Of a DNA stretch of 64,000 bases, positions 12,324-24,759 are shown one piece after another. The translations under genes and the position numbers were made by a program. Within the stretch, counting starts at the first letter, position 1. Each line of letters begins with the position of its first letter. The DNA lies in contig NW_026515680.1 in the NCBI RefSeq assembly GCF_025526975.1, forward strand, positions 1 through 64,000, given 5' to 3'. Origin of the DNA: Fimicolochytrium jonesii (Eukaryota). The notes under the pieces were generated by a model, which had not been told where the DNA came from, did no database searches, and was given only the letters and a program-made list of their open reading frames with translations.

Positions 12324-14906
12324 ATGGCCGACACACAGGGCTTTCACGAAATTTCCGACACGGACCAGCCGACACCGCCCGTTGACTCCACAAGCGATGT
12401 CGGAAGAGTAGCGATGGCTGACATCGCCGACTTTGTTAGCAAAGACTACCTCACCCGGATGGAAACCGCCATACTGGCATGGCTCAAGGCATACGCCGCG
12501 TCTCACCGATACAAGATCATGGCGGCGGGAATCGGAGCCCCGAAAGGACACAACATCCAAGAGGCGGCCGGCAAGAGCTTTCTGCTGTGGACCCACGTTG
12601 CATCCAGACTGCTGCGTCTGCATGCCAAGCTGTGGTTTGAGCTGGACGTTCTTCCCGTCTTTGTGAACACGCGAGGCGTCAGTCTCGACGAACGGGCGTG
12701 CTCGGCTGCCCGGAAGGCCCAAATCTACCTTAACCCGCACTTTTCGGGTAACATCCCTCGAATCGTGGTCGGCTATAGACACATGGTACGTGCTGGTGTT
12801 CTCCGCTCAGGGCCTCGCCGGGTTTCATTCAGTAACCTGGTTCACAAGGTGGAGATTGATGGCGATGGCAGCATTCGCCTTGCCGACGCGGTTGACTACC
12901 AACGTACGGTCACCGCCCACACATGGACGGTCTTCAAAGACCTCGTCGGAAAGACGGAAAAGCGGCGCGTCAAGATCGCGTTTTTCAGTTCGACAAGCCA
13001 GGGTGGCGGGGGTAGGCAATCCCGTCGGGGGGCATTCTTCACCAACGCACTCAAAGGCTAATGTGCATGGACTGTGTAGTTGCGCTTATGCGTCACGCGC
13101 TCCTCCGGCTCTTCGGCCTGACAGACCTCGACGTTAAGTGGTTTGTGATGAAGCCAAATCCAGCCATTTTCGAAATTACCAAACGCAAGTTCCATAACGT
13201 TCTGCAGGGTGTTGCACCCTCAGGCACCGAACTGACCGACAAGGACAAGGCGTTATTTGTGCACGTTCGTGGAAATCTCACTGCTGGAGTCTGGCCTGTT
13301 CGTTACTAATACGTCCGCTCCCATCGTGTCACGACTAGTGGTGCAACGAGAATGTGAAACGGTACTGGGCCGATGGACCGCTGAAAGAATCGGATGTCAT
13401 TGTTATCGATGATCCCCAACGTAAGCTGCCAATGGCGTACCCCAACGGTCAAAACGCCTCTCATCCAGCTTCCAGCGTGCGGTATCATTCCGGCCATCAA
13501 GCGCCTGAATCCACGCTGCAAAATCATTTACAGAAGTCACATCGAAATTGCTTCTCACCTCGCGGACGACCCAAAGACCGAGCAGCACCATGTGTGGCAG
13601 TACCTGTGGGGTTTCATTCAGCATGCGGATCTGTTCATATCGCACCCCGTCGCGAGTTTCGTGCCAAAAATCGTTCCGAGGACCAAGTTGTTGATGATGC
13701 CTGCGTGCACGGACATGTTAGGTAGCGCGTCTTCCCTCTCGTTCGAAGAGTTGTGATGATTCAGCACTAAAGCCAATGGGAGCAGACGGTCTCAACAAGG
13801 AGCTTGATCCCGAGGCTTTGACCTACTACCAATCGCTTTTCAACCGGATCGCCACCGACGCCGTGGGTCGCGGAGCAGAATTTGGCGAGCGTCCGTACAT
13901 TGTTCAGATTGCGCGCTTCGATCCTAGCAAGGGAATCCCGGACGTCCTGCGGGCCTACCGCGCCCTCCGTCTTCGCCTCGAGGCCGAAAATGTTCCAATC
14001 GCGCTTACCCCTCAGCTTATCCTCGCGGGTCACGGATCTATCGACGACCCCGATGGCAATCTGGTTTTTGAACAGGTGCTCGGTACCTTAGCGAACACCG
14101 AGTTTGAGAATATAGTAGACGACATTGTACCCGCCTGCCTCCCGCCATCGGATCAAATGCTCAATTGCCTTTTGCGAGGCGCTCTTGTCGCATTGCAGCT
14201 CTCCACCAGAGAAGGTGAGCAAGTGGGCTTTCGCTTACTCGCGAATCAATGACGAAGCTGATCTCACGTTATCCTTGCCAGGATTTGAGGTGAAAGTGAC
14301 TGAGGCGTTGCAGAAAGGTGAGCGGGATTTACGGCTCCTCATGAAGTGAGGCGTTCATTTGACCACATGGTACCTACGAGGCGTTCCGGTTGTCGCCTAT
14401 GCCGCTGGTGGAATCCCCCATCAGATCATTGATGAAAAAACGGGGTTCCTCGTCCCGGTTGGCAACGTCGAGCAAGTCGTGGAGCGCCTGCACGCCTTGG
14501 TGACGAACCCGAAATTGCGCGAGCGCCTGTCGCGAGCGGCTCGGCAGAATGTTAATGAGGATTACTTCACGGTGAGCATACGACGCGCCAGAGGGCGCAA
14601 AGCCTCAACCTGAAATTTTGTGCAGGTTGTCTCCGCAATCAACTGGATGTTTCTGTTCAACCACGTCCTGGACAACAAACCGGTTCCCGCGCTTGAACCA
14701 GAAACGGCCAGCAATGCCGACGAAGCGGTCGCTGCCTTCGAACGCGGCAGACGGAGTTTGAGCGGAAATGTTTTGTGGGTGAAGGTACGTGTGCAGGCTC
14801 TTTTGTCTCTCCGCGAGTAAGAGAAAATTGCAACGATAGCTCGGAACCCGGGCTGACTGCGAAATCTTTCGGTTTGCTCTTTCAGGATCTGTGGACCCGG
14901 GAGTAG
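12324..14906 (+). CDS. Fungal trehalose phosphorylase / trehalose synthase (GT4 family, CCG-9-like), multi-exon
   Basis: Motifs FFSSTSQGGG|VALMRHAL, FEITKRKFHNVLQG, IDDPQ, YRSHIEI, QIARFDPSKGIPDV, QLSTREG|FEVKVTEAL, GGIPHQI. TATAAAAA at 11962. Confidence 0.93.
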
Positions 14907-15246
14907 CGCGACAGATTTCTCTGTGAAGCAAAGGCGTCCGTCGCACCGCGCAGGGCTCTGTAAGGAGACGGAGTGAGGATGCTTTAAGGAGCCTGTGAAT
15001 TATTGTTCTTAGCTTGGATGTATGTGTAACCATTTCAAGACATTTAAGAAACACGCTGCACTGGGGCAACTGGAATCTGCGGGCTAACTAGTTGGAGGAG
15101 GTGCAGGGACCGATAGAGACGTGCTAGTGGGTTTCAATGATATTCATCTCCGGTTAACTCTTGTGTGGCGTCCTCGCAGCATGGGGATTTTTTGCGGCCT
15201 TTCCAGCGGCGTCGCGATTACGTCTTTGATGTGAGAGAGTGCATTT

Positions 15247-16428
15247 TCACACGATGAGGTCGGAAATCGGAGGGGCCTCGGATGCAGGCCTGGCATGGTC
15301 ATGGACCCCTTCATGGACCTCGAGGATCACAATGTCGTCCCTCCTGTCCTTGCCTGACTTGCCCCACTTTCCAGAGTGCCTCTCGGGCTCGCTGGAGCGG
15401 TGCCAATGGTACATGTAAAATTCGCTTCCTCCGATCAGGAGACCCCCGCCCACTATGTTCCCCAAAGCAACACTGAAGATGTTGGCAAGCATGCTGCCGG
15501 TGGTGACCGGAGCGCCATACATCCAACCAATGGGAATGTAGTACATATTGGCAACGCAGTGCTCCCAGCCCGTGGCGGCGAACGTAGCGATCGGCAGGTA
15601 AAGTCCCAGAATCTTCCCGGTGACGTCGCGTGCGGCAAGGCCTAGAAAGAATGATAGACAGACGAGTGCGTTTGCTGGTATGCCCATCAGAAACGCCTTG
15701 TAGAAGGGCAGCTGAACTTTGCGAGTGGCGATCGCAATCACATAGGAGCGAAACGGTTCCGGTTCGAACAGGTCGGTCAAGTAGCCCAGCAGGTAGGCAG
15801 TTAGGGCGCAGGCTGCGAAGTTGGCGCCGAACACGACGATCCAATTGACCAGGACGTCTCTATTTGTCACCTTGCGGTTGAGCCGTGCGACTACCATGAT
15901 CATTGTGTTTCCGGTGAAAAGCTCCCCTCCGAAGAGCACGATGAAGACGATCCCGATGGGAAATGTGGCACCGAGCAGCAACTTTGGGAGCACCGGCCAG
16001 GACGCCCGTATGTCCGCCGGAACGCCGCCAGCGACCTGCTGCGCAAACATTCCAGCAAAGGCCACCCAGATGCCGGCCAGCAGGCCGAGGAAGACGATGT
16101 GATCGAGGGAATTGCGGCTCTTTGTAATGCCCAGCGTGGTGACAACCGCCTCCAGTTCCGCCCCGGTGTTGTAGCCGCGCGGCAGGGGTGGCGGTGGCGG
16201 CTCGGCTCCGTCACTGATGCGGACGGCTGAACCGGGTGGAGCGTCGATCGAGAGGGTGGCGCGGCGTTCAACGCCGGTTGCGGGGTTGCGTGCAACGGCA
16301 TGGGCGACATAAGTCTGGGGCAACGGGGCGCAGTGAGAAGGAAGGTTGCAGCAAGACTGATTGTAGACGGGAGCTGTTGGTATGACGACCGCCGCCGCCA
16401 GTCTCATTTTGGCCGACATACTGTACAT
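15247..16428 (-). CDS. Formate/nitrite transporter (FNT family channel)
   Basis: Signatures GGELFTGN, ANALVCL, WEHCVANM and GNIVGG, with six hydrophobic segments. The exact start ATG is uncertain (16407, 16419 or 16428). Confidence 0.93.
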   Translation of the reverse strand: MYSMSAKMRLAAAVVIPTAPVYNQSCCNLPSHCAPLPQTYVAHAVARNPATGVERRATLSIDAPPGSAVRISDGAEPPPPPLPRGYNTGAELEAVVTTLGITKSRNSLDHIVFLGLLAGIWVAFAGMFAQQVAGGVPADIRASWPVLPKLLLGATFPIGIVFIVLFGGELFTGNTMIMVVARLNRKVTNRDVLVNWIVVFGANFAACALTAYLLGYLTDLFEPEPFRSYVIAIATRKVQLPFYKAFLMGIPANALVCLSFFLGLAARDVTGKILGLYLPIATFAATGWEHCVANMYYIPIGWMYGAPVTTGSMLANIFSVALGNIVGGGLLIGGSEFYMYHWHRSSEPERHSGKWGKSGKDRRDDIVILEVHEGVHDHARPASEAPPISDLIV

Positions 16429-16529
16429 GTCCACGGGAATGTGATGAGAGAGGAACACTGTCCGGGCCGGTTGGATTCGGGGTACCTACAGTATGTACGG
16501 ATAGGCCAACTGAAGTCGGTGTTGCGCGT

Positions 16530-16610
16530 CGTCCAGAAAGGTGAGTTGAATCGGACTTGCAGAAAGTCCAGAATCCAGAATCCAGACTCTTGGCACTCTT
16601 GGCGGTCATC
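16530..16610. promoter_or_regulatory. Composite motif upstream of FNT, shared with the HK2 promoter
   Basis: Identical 11-mer CGTCCAGAAAG, a 20/22 match TCCAGAATCCAGACTCTTGGCA, and GGCGGTCAT versus GGCAGTCAT. Confidence 0.5.
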
Positions 16611-16747
16611 ACTGCAATCTGCGCTTCAAAGTCAAAACAGTGGACGTGCGCAGCATAGAACAACGACGCAGAAGTGATCTCTCACAATCAAACCCGACGT
16701 TGGTGGTCACTTTATCTTTACCAGCGTATGCGACGATCTCACCAAGA

Positions 16748-18155
16748 ATGTCCGAGCTTTCCCTGGCACGACTACCTTCAATCGTGCTCTCGCAGGTGGC
16801 TGGCTTTCTCGTCGACCTGCTCACGTTCCTCGCCTTCACTTCCTCGTGCCGCACTCTTAGGGCTGCTGTGCGTCCCCGCCACTACGCGGCCTTGGTCGCC
16901 GTCATGTGCAACCGGACTCGCGATGCATCGGGTAGAGTGCGTAGTTCGATTCTTTTTTCCATGTTCAATGCGCGCGTGCCGCCAACAGGGTTTTTTCCCG
17001 ACTTTGAGGATTCCGGCATCAACGATTTGGGGCCGGTCTTCTATCCGTTCTTGCGTCCGGACGAGACTGTCATCACAGAACCTCAGCAATCATCCTCCGG
17101 AGGATCCCCGTTCTTCTTTGCCATCTTGGAGGATGTGAAGAAGCTAGACTTGCAAGGCGGCACCTGGATACCAAATAGCTTTTATAACCACACCGTGCTG
17201 CTGCAAGCGATGAGGTGGGACCTGCTTTCATTGGCGAAATGGATACATGCCCACGGCGTAGTCCCTACATGGGGCAACCCTCTGCTTTATGCCGCGAGGT
17301 CCGGCAACATTGACATTGTGCGATGGGCGGTTCAGGAGAAATTATTCAACGGCCCTAACGCCTCGAGATTTTATGGCGGCGACGTCTACACTCCGGTCGA
17401 TGAAGCATACCGAGCAAATAAATCTGAGATAGTGAACTATCTCCTCGAGGCAAGACTTCCTGTCTGCATTAAAGAATGCGCCTGGAGGGAATATTACATC
17501 ATTTTTGCTTATTCTTTATTTAATCTCCTAGGGGGCATCCAGTAAGCCAGAACTCTCGTACTTGTTTACCAGCAACTTTCGTCCAACATCCGAAAAAGCT
17601 GTTGAAACTACCGATCTGGAGTTCATCAAAAAGATGTTGGCCGGCGGACAGCATATAACCCCCGTAGCCGCCTGCGCCGGTCGTGCACTGAACATTGCTG
17701 TGACAAGGCTCCTGCATCACCATGGCATGGATCTATTGGACGCATTCAAATCTGCCTGTGAAACAGCATCCGTCTCAGCTTCAGAAAACATTGAGTACCT
17801 GGACCTTCTCCTGAGCTGGGGCGGTGATGACAATCCGAACCGTCAGCTGTGGATAGACAGCGGCTTGAACTCTGCGTTTTGGGCTTGCAAACTGGAAGTT
17901 GTGCAACATCTTCTCTCCCTGGGAGCACAATTCGCTGTGATATACAACTTGAAGGGTTTTGCCTCAGGGATGATAACGTCGAAAGCCAAAGAGGAGTTTT
18001 ACTTTGCTCTCATGAACGACGGGCGCGGCCGGGAATCGCTTTCAAATTGGGCCCATCTCCCCTTATCGGCGTGGACGGTCACGGACAAAGATGATGCAGA
18101 GGTTGCTAGAAAAAAGGAAGAGCTGTCTGCGAGGTTTGCTGTGATGCGTGCATAG
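16748..18155 (+). CDS. F-box-like plus ankyrin-repeat protein
   Basis: N-terminal LARLPSIVLSQVAGFL...FTSSCRTLR (F-box-like). Ankyrin-like PLLYAARSGNIDIVRW, TPVDEAYRANKSEIVNYLLE and LEVVQHLLSLGA. Two ORFs probably joined by an intron near 17450-17530. Confidence 0.7.
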
Positions 18156-19369
18156 AAATGATATACAAGGCTTGAATGTGGCGACGCGAGACTCGACCGG
18201 AGAGCTCTGTAGAAAAACTCACGCTCGCGCGCGTCTGTTGAAGGCTCACCGCCCATTACACACAAACGGCCCAACACGCCCACGTTCCCGACAGTGCGGT
18301 GAACACACACAGAACGTCGCAGAAAACAATTTCAGAATCTGAAAACGGACCTCGGTGCTTTTCCTTGATAAAAGAAGACACTTTGAAGCGACCGACTATA
18401 GAGGTACCTTCGATTTATTTTCCCACCAGTTAGCCGCTGGGTCTGCCACTCGTGTATGTACCTACCCAATAACCTTTCAGCATGATGTTCCCGCTGGGCT
18501 TTTTGAACACAACGTTAGCGAATCTAACAACGCTCAACGATGCTCCCATCGACGCAGTTGATACCGCTACAGGCTGGACAAAGAGCGCCTTGCTAAAGTC
18601 ATCCTCGATCAGAAGGCCGGCATCGAGACGGTTGTCGGCACCTCTACCTCTCGCAAGCCCCGAGTGATGAAAGCTGGGTTCATGGAGACCGTCGACCGAA
18701 ACGGAGTCATCGTCGTTAGTGACCACGAGAACGGTTACCGCCGCCGGCTCAATAAGAAGCTCAAATCAGGGGGGGAGAAAATCTCGCAACGCGTTCGCTG
18801 GGTTGATGCGGATGTTTGGCGATGGAAACATCGCGATCCGTGGATCGGAGAGGGGAGCAAAAAGCGGGCTCGGCCGGTGGAGAGTGACAGTGACAGCGAG
18901 ACGGACGGCGGCGAGTGTGAGGATTGTAGTAGCCGGGAGGAGGGTGAGAGTGAGAGCGATTAGGGATGGGCTGTAATAGTGATATAACGAATATAGGAGA
19001 TCCTTGCAATACACCTTTCGCTCGTAAGAATGGCCCCTAGCTTTAAATGTGTTTCGTAAAAGATACCGATTGGACTCACCCTCTGAATGATAGCGACTTT
19101 TGTAGAGCCCGATGAGCCTCGATCCTCCAACGCCTCGGCGAGTGCAACATTGGGAAAACATGTTCCCAAACCCGATCGGCGACTTCCGATGCAAAAAAAC
19201 GCGCAAATGCCGATGCCACAGCATTGCCTTACACCCCTGTACCATCATTCCATCGAGTAGATAGCGATATCGTAGGCCGAACAGTTGAAAGTAGCCAGTG
19301 TAATCAGTACCGCCTCGAAAGCGAACTCACGATGACATTCAATAATAACAGACATTGATTTCCTGATTA

Positions 19370-21180
19370 TATTACAATCCACTCGTATGAAACACCTTTG
19401 TCTGCATGAACATTGAGTGAACAAAGCGATCGTCAGTGTCGTAATCGGTGACCGAATGATGAAGGATATCAGGTCAAAAGAGGGTAAGTGTCCCAGGCCG
19501 GTGCTTCAAAATGTAGCCAATGTCGATGAGCTCAAGGTCTCCACCATTGTCGAAGTCACCGCAGGTGTATTGTGCTGTGAAGCCTCGGTCCTCCACATCG
19601 TAATGACAATCGGCGGTCGAGTTCCTACAACCATCTTTACGCGTGCTGAGATTCATTCATTATTTGATTCACATTTGGAATTAGGTGAATCATAGACCTT
19701 TGGTTTAGTAACATGATCTATAAAAAGTATTGACGATCTTGGGAAATCGGAATAATTGTACCGATCTACTCACCTGTGAGAACGATTGGGGTGTGTGTCG
19801 ACCAGCAATCGTTGATAGGGAGTTGCGACGTATCTTCCAAGAAAGCTTCGCAATGGCCGATCGGTTGGCAGAATACTCAGTAGGAGCTATGATCCAGGCT
19901 TTCGCATGGATAAGTTCAGCAATACCGAGGCTGCGATAGGCTTCGTGAACCTCCCTAGCACCCTCGGATCTATGAGGTGTTAGATTTCTCGGACACGATG
20001 ACCATTCGGAAGGCAACTTACCTTTCGGCATTGGGCCTAGCGATCTCACCAAGAGGACTGACGCTGCTGCTGCCTCGTGCTTTCCAAACACCTGAATGGC
20101 AGGCCCGAACTTCGCCGTTCCCTGCTTCGGATGGGTACCCGATCGCTCCTGGTTGAATCGCACACTTACACGATGCCTGTGGGGCTGCGAGTTGGGTTTC
20201 GCTTGTTCGATCCATCGGTGATAAACGTCGCACATTGCCACCGTCGCTTCGGAGGAAAGAGCATCAGGTATATGAACTGCAAGAATTTCGTAGTTGTTTT
20301 TCTCATCGAGACCATATATGACCGTGTCGCAGTCAATGAAAGTCGGAGGCCTCTGGAGTGCTGCGTCGGGAGGAACGAGATGGAAGCAACCTGCAGTGCG
20401 ACGAGGACAGTGAGCAAGAACTATCTCAGTTTCCTTGCTAGCAAACCACTCGATTGCCCTCGGTGGAAGCTTGACTCCAAGACTGATCGCACGAGCATCG
20501 AGAGTTGGAAAGGAAAGTGGAGGCAATCGAAGTGTGGTTGGGCGACCATAGGTGTGTCGCTGGGTAACACCAATTTGCGAAAACGAGGGTCGTTTTCCAT
20601 CTCGCTTATCGAGAATAAGCTGGTCGAAGATTTCTCGTCGGCTCGATGGGCGAGATCCATATGACCGCTTCTTCCCTTTATTTGCGACGACAGCAGCCAT
20701 CCCCCCTTCCATCTCGTCAGGACCTCCTCGCAGCACCGGAGTGCTCTGACCTGCCGCCATCGCACCTGCTGTTTGGACTCACAAAGGGCTGGTTCGTCAT
20801 CGTTGGCGCTGTGTTTCCCAGTGTCGCTAGCAGGGGCTGGGTATAAAGCCAAGGAAGCCTCGGTCTGTAGCTGTTCAGTGGCCCTCCAAGCCTTAACCTG
20901 CTGTCGGTACGAGGGTTTGCACTCGTGGCACCACCAAACAGGCTTCTTCGGCACAGTGTCCATAAAACAGCGACGATGGAACCACCCTCCTCGGCTGCAG
21001 GCCCCTGCACATCGAAGCCAGTCTCGCTTTGCTGAATTGGCCGGGTTGGGCTCCTAATTGTGTATCGCATTTGTGAGCGAACAATGTTGGTGGGTAACCA
21101 AATAAGAGCTTACATTACCTGCAAAAGGCGACATGTCGGTAGACCGCAGGTGTGTTCACAACACGTCCGAACTTCTCCAC
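19370..21180 (-). pseudogene. PHD finger + TET/JBP-like 2OG-Fe(II) dioxygenase, disrupted by an in-frame TGA
   Basis: Spliced PHD: CGLPTC...WLRCAGACSRGGWFHRRC...WWCHEC (about 20918-21150). Catalytic part: CHYDVED...GDFDNGGDLELIDIGYILKHRPGTLTLF*PDILHHSVTDYDTDDRFVHSMF, giving HxD, distal H and R. TGA at 19474-19476. Confidence 0.72.
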
Positions 21181-21614
21181 CCAACACATTGGATTTGGAA
21201 TTGCTACACGTTTTCACTACCCTGCTTCCGACAGGTCTGAATCCGAAGCATGTTTGAGAACAAATGTACAGTACGTAGACGAGAAAGGAATCTTTGTATT
21301 TCAAGTACAGATTTATAGATACACAATGTAGGAAAACGTAGTATAACATCACGACAATTGCGCGGCTTTGTAGGCGTTCGACTGGACCATTGGTTTCGCC
21401 GACTAAAAGCCGGGTACTCAACAGGAACCGCCACGAGAAGGCTGTCCAGTATGGGTTCCCGCCTTCAAAAGAGAAAAGAGAAGGTCTAGTAAACAGCAAA
21501 TCACAGAAGGACTTACGGCTCGGGTGAGTCCGATGAAGCTGAGATGGAGAAACGATCAGCCGACGAATGAGAGACTGGAGGCGACGAGTGAGAGACCGGC
21601 TTGAAGGAGCTTGT

Positions 21615-22063
21615 CCGTACCTTGGCGGCGAACACAAAGCTTGGGGTGTGAGAATCGAAGCCGTGATCTTGTCGTGTGAGAATCGACGCCGTGATCTTGT
21701 CGTGTGCGATATGGAACCTGCGGAACGAAGACGTGGATGAGCCGGTGAGCCCAGCGACGATCGCGACTATGACTTGGAGACCTAGGCCGTACCTTGGCGG
21801 CGGACAGAAAGCTTGGGGTGTGAGCTTCCAATCTCAGATCTTGTCGTGTGCGATATGGAACCTGCGGAACGAAGACGTGGATGAGCCGGTGAGCCCAGCG
21901 ACGATCGCGACTATGACTCGGAGACCTAGGCCGTACCTTGGCGGCGGAACGAAAGCTTGGGGTGTGAGATTCGAAGCCGTGATCTTATCGTGTGCGATAT
22001 GGAACCTGCGGGAAGAAGACGCGAATGAGCCGATGAGCCCAGAGATGATCGGGAGTATGACTT
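21615..22063. repeat. 144-bp tandem repeat, about 3 copies
   Basis: CCGTACCTTGGCGGCG at 21615, 21787 and 21931. The ORF 21676-22092 repeats a 48-aa unit. Confidence 0.9.
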
Positions 22064-23720
22064 TAAAGTACCTTCATATCGATTGTGGGTAGGAGTAGGC
22101 CAACCACGTCGACGTTCCGATTGGCGCGAAGCAAGAGTCCACTCTGACGTATCAGGTGTGCGGGTTTCCTCTACCTCTATGCAGGGGCCGCCTCGGTATA
22201 AACCTCAGTCGACGGCAATGGGCAGCTTATAGCGAAAGGATTCCCACGTCGGTAAAGTTGGCCTGGGGAGAAATGAGGAAGGAATGCCGAGGTGGGTGGG
22301 CTTTTATAGACGGCGGGCGGGGGTTGCTCGCTCTATCTCGCAGCCGACAGAGCGCTATAGCCAGCCAAAAAAGGTGGCACAGTCATGCTAAATGCCCGCA
22401 ATCCGCGCGTGAAGAGAATGAGGGTCTCTGCACTGCCCTTTGTTCATTCCTTTCAGTTCGTCCCTGGGCCTTTGCTTGGCCTTTGTGAATCATCACGGCC
22501 CAATCGACTCGAGGATGTCGCAACGTGTATTGACATCCATTTGTGATCATCGCGTTCTAGATGTCCCCTGGATTCGAACGAGATTGATTTGCATCGCGTT
22601 CTTCCCATGGATTCGAAACAGAAGCGCGTGAAGTACTGTACGAGATCCCTTGACAGTCCGACGCGTTTCCGGACAGACGGGTCATATACAGGAGGCCAGG
22701 TGTATCTGGGTACGACGGGTTCTGCGCATGTTTATGGAACCCAAAAATCAACGACCGGCTGCCGTCAATTTGCGTGCTTCTTCGGGTGTGTAGGCAGGCC
22801 GGCGACTTTTGTTCCGTCGTACCCGGGCAATGGCCACCTACTGTATATACAGTCAATTCTTATTTGCAATCATATGATTTTGGAGATTGCATCGCGTTCT
22901 ACGTGTACCATGGATTCGAAGGGGGAAGAAACAGAAGTACGTAGTCAGGATACAGTTTATCACGTACGCCATACCCAGTCATACCCAGTCATACCTTTGG
23001 GCTTGCCCTGGGGTGCCGTGATGTCGAATAGTGATAGCAGCATACGAGTGGTGGTCTTGAGCCCCAGGGTCGGTGGACGCGGACGAATGTTGGAGGACGC
23101 GTTTCCGGACACCCTGCACGCGTCCCTCAAACGCTGGTTCTTTTCCTCCCCCTTTGCTATGGATATCCAGATGGTGCACGAAATACAGCGGGTGGCCGAA
23201 AGAGCAGTTACGCGCGGGGGTAGCTACCCCTGGTTATGTGGCACCATGAACGTGCGTCTTACAACGCATTACGGTATACAGAACACAACCATCCCCAGAG
23301 CAGGAATTGCATGCTCCGCATTTCAAATGCCGCATTTCAGATGATTCCGATGATTCATGAGCAATTGGCGGGCTGGAAGGCTCCATGATGTTCTGTGACT
23401 TGGCGACGATGGTCTGGGGATGGTTGTGTTTTGTTAATGCGTCGTGGTATGCACAAGGTCTCTGGAGTAGGCGGGAAACGCGGTCGGTGTCTGAAGGGGT
23501 TGCGACGCGAGGTGATGGCGACGCGCATTTGTGCGTTGGATGGGGTCGGGATGAACGACGATGAACGACGACGATGGCGTGCTGACACGAGGGATGGATG
23601 GTGGGACGACGACAGCATAGGTGGTGGGCTCCCGTGGAATGGCGACGAAAGTCGAGTCCAATTCGACGACGTGCACTGTACCATCCCCTCCTTCGCCAAG
23701 CTACACTTCGCTGGGTATAT

Positions 23721-24461
23721 AAAGAGAGCGTGTTCTTCGAGTTTCCGATTCGCAAACCAACCCCAGCACAAACGATCGAATCTCTCGTCGACACAAGCTC
23801 ACCAGATACCTTTCTCCCAATCCTAACCCTAACCCTAACCATCATGGGAAAGAACAGAGTGAAGCAACGCGCCAACGAGAAGCTGAAGAAGCAGGCGCGC
23901 CGCGACCGGCGTTTCCAACGCATGCCCGAGTACGTCAAGCGCTGCGAAAAGGTCGCGGACTGGATCGCGAAGGAGAGCGGTAAGGAATGAAATGTTAGGA
24001 TGCTATGTTAACGATGTTGTGGTGCGCTTACACGACCCCTTGTCCGTCCAGCAGAGGACCCCGCCGGCACCGCCGCCTCCGCCTCCGCCTCCACCTCCAC
24101 CTCCACCTCCACCTCCACCTCCACCTCCACCTCCACCTCCATCTCCACCCCCACCTCCACCATCCCGAAACCCGTGCCCCACCCCATCAAACCCATCGAC
24201 CGATGCTACAACAAGCCGAAGAAAGGTCTATCGAAGGTGCGGGCACGGGCGAAGACGTTTAAGAGGTTGGATAGAGCGCGTAAGTATGAAAACAAGGGAT
24301 GCTTTTGTATGTCCCTACAGTGGTGGTTGGAGTTTAATACGGAGGACTTGGAACTCACATCAGCCCGTTATAGCTGGCGCACCCGGCAAGAGGCTCAGAG
24401 AGGACCTTCGGAAAGCGCAGGAAGAGACTCGGCAGCTCGCCACCGCCACCGCCGAGAAGGA
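23721..24461 (+). repeat. Dispersed duplication copy A; small spliced basic/Ser-Thr-rich gene-like unit (MGKNRVKQRANEKLKKQAR...) with a (CCTCCA)n microsatellite
   Basis: Colinear, diverged match to 27937-28558 along its length. Confidence 0.85.
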
Positions 24462-24759
24462 TTCGTCTGTTAGTTCTCGCGTTGTGTATGAATAGAGAAA
24501 TTTGTTAATATACCCATGGCTTCGCCGAGTACATTTGCTGTTATGCCCCGCGTCTTTCGAATTTCGCAAATTGCCACAGTGCCGTCGATCCCCGTCGCTC
24601 GCACCCATCGACTACCCCAACTTTGAAGGGTTTCTTTTTAGGGTTCCCACAGAAGGATGCAAAAGCCCTACATAAAGGAAAGATGCTCCGAAACCTGGAG
24701 AATGCAGTCAAATAAGAAAGCGGGAAGCTTACAAGTGAACAGAACATATCAGGAGTGTG

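Noticed and set aside
19474..19476. Selenocysteine or readthrough recoding of TGA in the TET-like gene
   Set aside because: The position corresponds to a typical Arg rather than Cys, I identified no SECIS, and the surrounding region is decayed. CGA>TGA is simpler.
21615..22063. Possible CRISPR-like array (also 35953-36440)
   Set aside because: Whole units repeat with no unique spacers, the context is eukaryotic and there are no cas genes.
23290..23340. zf-CXXC-like motif (CGACNSC) near the TET relic
   Set aside because: Only one CxxCxxC half is present and there is no frame continuity to the TET gene.
23992..24495. Poly-proline (formin/extensin-like) ORF
   Set aside because: It is a translation of a (CCTCCA)n microsatellite; the splice phase favours the Ser/Thr frame.
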